Part shown: in pieces, positions 61,379 through 64,000 of the stretch
How positions within the stretch are numbered: the stretch's first letter is position 1
How the letters are laid out: the number at the start of each line of letters is the position of its first letter
NCBI RefSeq assembly: GCF_902713615.1
Contig: NC_052172.1
Coordinates: 6,243,337 to 6,307,336, forward strand
Length of the DNA stretch: 64,000 nucleotides
Source: Scyliorhinus canicula
Lineage: Eukaryota
Direction of reading: 5' to 3'
Notes under the pieces: model-generated
The model's database searches: none
Seen by the model: only the letters and a program-made list of their open reading frames with translations
What the model was told of the DNA's origin: nothing
Program-made: the position numbers and the translations under genes

Positions 61379-64000
61379 AAAGACCAGGTTTGGATCACAG
61401 GATTTCAAAGACCAGGTTTGGATCACTCCACGCCATTGGTTCTGGGATGATCTTTGGGTACACTGCATGTCACATTCACTGACTATGAGAGAACCCCGGT
61501 ATTAAGCGTGTGTAATTCAATAACTGTTTTTTGATTCTTCTGCAATAGACACGCGTATTAATGGAAAATATTTGTTTGACAAAGACCTAATAGATACAGG
61601 AGGGGGAGGGATTGAAAGAGGGTGTGAACAATAGTTACATGGATTGGGAGAAGGATTATAATTATCATTATTATTGTCAAATGTAGGTTTACATTTACAC
61701 AGCAATGAAGTTACTGTGAAAATCCCCTAGTCACCACATTAAAATCTCCTAGTCGCCATACTCCACCGCCTGTTCGGGTACACAGCGGGAGAACTCAGAA
61801 TATCCAATTCACCTAACAAGCACGTCATTCGGTATTGATGTGGAATAAGGAAATGAAAGGGAAACGCAATGGTGAGTAAGGTGGAATGGGAGGGAATTGA
61901 GTAGAAGGGAATGGAACATCAGACAGATTGGGAAATAAATAGGGGGAGGGAGAAGCGAAAGTACAAGGTCTCGTTTATGTCTATATGTGTTTATCAATCT
62001 CTCTTTCTCGACATAGATCTATCTCTTTCAATCTAGCTATCTATCCATCTACTTATTTGTCAATTTTGTTGTTATTGATGCGTCCAACTATCATAGATCT
62101 CTTATCTACCAATATATCTAGTTACCTAGACAACTTAAATGATCACGCTCCAATATTTAAATACTTAAGATTAATCCGGACTTTTAATTTTACTAACGTT
62201 AATACATCATCTTGCTCTCTTTCACTTCACGTTGCGGTGATGTATTGTTTATTATAAAATTTCTGCATCACTTCTGTGATACGGTAGCACAGTGGTTAGC
62301 ACTGTTGCTTCACAGCCAGGGTCCCAGGCTGGATCCCGAAAGACGTGCTGTTAGGTGAATTGGACATTTTGAATTCTCCCTCAGTGTGCCCGAACAGGCG
62401 CCGGAGGTGGTTTTCAGAGCGACGTCATTGCAGCGTTAATGTAAGCCTACTTGTGACAATCATAACGATTATTATAATGATATCCTATCCGTTAGGTTAC
62501 AATATATTTTACAAACAAACTATGAGGTGGGATGCATTAGTTAATTATCCAACTGTAGGAACTTGTGGGGCTATACGACGTGGCATTGAAAAAAACTCCC
62601 GATATGTCATTCAATATTTTCCAGCGTCACAGGCCCATTGGGGTTATCTTTCTCATTCGACGAGAGCTGTGCTGCTAATCATAAATGATAAAATGATTCA
62701 ACTCAGGAGAAGGCCATTCGCCTTCATACTGCCTGATTTTCCTTTATGGAAGAGCTATCTGATTAATTAATATTCTCCCAACCCGTCCCAAATAACAGAA
62801 CAAACATTCCATTACATTTATTTCTGCAAATCATTTTCAAAAGTTACCCTTGAATGTGGTTCCACTGCCCTTACAAGCAGTGCCATCCCACATTGTACAT
62901 AGCGCTGTGGAGAAAGCTTCTTTTAATCTGCTAATCTCTCACTAATATACTGGCCAGATAATACTAGGAGGAAAATGGCATTGAAACAGAACAACCATGA
63001 CTCGTTGAATGATAAGTGGGCTCGAGAGACCGAGTTGCCTCCTCTATCGCTTTTATTCTAATGTTCGTAATCTGTTTATTTTAATTTGCCTTAAGCCAAC
63101 GATTCCTCCTCAATGCCGAGCAGATACTAATGGCTGAATTATTGTTTCATTATTTACGTTATTAAAATTCTTCAAGGTTTTCAAAATCTCTTTCATATTT
63201 CACCGTACTTTCGATGGTCTGAGAGGAGCAAACTGGAGATAGTTCATCCTAGAACTTGTCAAGGATCATACACAGTGTAAAATGGCGACCTTTCTCCAGA
63301 AACCATTCTCACTGCACACCTGGCTCCTGGCAGCCGATCATACATTTGTTGAGAATCGTTGACTCAATTCTCTATCAAACTCTCTCTGCCTTGTGCACAA
63401 TTTTGAAAGCAGCTGGTAGTACAGCAAAGTGTAAGGTTAACCGTATCCAGCTCAGTTCTCAGATGGGAAAGTAATCTTCCTCGACTTGAAACAGGAATGC
63501 ACATCAACGTGGCTTAAACAAACACACCATACACCAATGAACGCTTTCACGTTCATTTCAATGGCAGCTCGAATGCTTACTCCCTCTTATCTTTAACTAG
63601 CTCTCCCCCTCCCCCCCCACCCGATAACATCTCGCATGCTATTCGGCACAATCGACTTCTCGTCGTAGTGGATTACACATTCTGACGACTCGTTGACTTG
63701 AGATTGCACTTTTCCAATCCTCTCGCATCACCACCGATTTGAAGGGTGATTGAAAAATTGTGGCCAGTGCCTCAGATATTTCGATTTTCACTTCCCTCTG
63801 TTTCCTTGGAAGCATCTCATCCAGTCTCGTGCCCTGTGAACCTTTAGTGCAGGCAGCCGATCAAATAGCCCCTGCAGCTCAATTTTAAATACTGTATTGT
63901 ATTAACTACATCCTCTTTCTTTGTGGCCTATACAGCATGGTTCTCCTTAGAAAAGACAGATGGGAAGTATTAATTCCATACCGGAACCAAGACCTTGCAA

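Noticed and set aside
60230-61468. 412-aa ORF, the longest in the window, as a host gene
   Set aside because: It is the RT region of a 5'-truncated CR1. The first approximately 30 residues are read-through from flanking DNA.
1-64000. D, J or C segments, 12-RSS-flanked elements, NARTCR or IgH-like V, CRISPR arrays or microbial systems
   Set aside because: None seen by eye: no FGxG J motif with RSS and no C-domain exons. The periodic repeats are eukaryotic gene duplications and microsatellites.

Overview
Vertebrate genomic DNA, not microbial. The repeat families (CR1 LINEs, HE1-type and related tRNA SINEs, Penelope fragments) point to a cartilaginous fish, probably a catshark-like shark (inference). 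The window is part of the V-segment array of a T-cell receptor beta (TRB) locus. All V genes lie on the minus strand with a leader exon, a phase-1 intron, a V exon and a 23-bp-spacer RSS. Seven V genes look intact. Two are single-copy conventional TRBV (YFCAAA at 9455-10172; YYCASSE at 57298-58135). Five belong to a tandemly amplified family resembling mammalian TRBV30 (CAWS/CTWS/CART ends). There are also two broken members of that family, two units that have lost their V gene, and two decayed copies of a third V family. A large tandem segmental duplication (about 5.8-18.6 kb vs 38.2-47.0 kb) shows reciprocal V gene loss. The rest is dense CR1/SINE/solo-LTR/Penelope sequence, including hammerhead-ribozyme motifs, plus one 152-N assembly gap. 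Most ORFs in the supplied track are spurious or LINE fragments. Repeat boundaries are approximate; V, leader and RSS coordinates were counted by hand.
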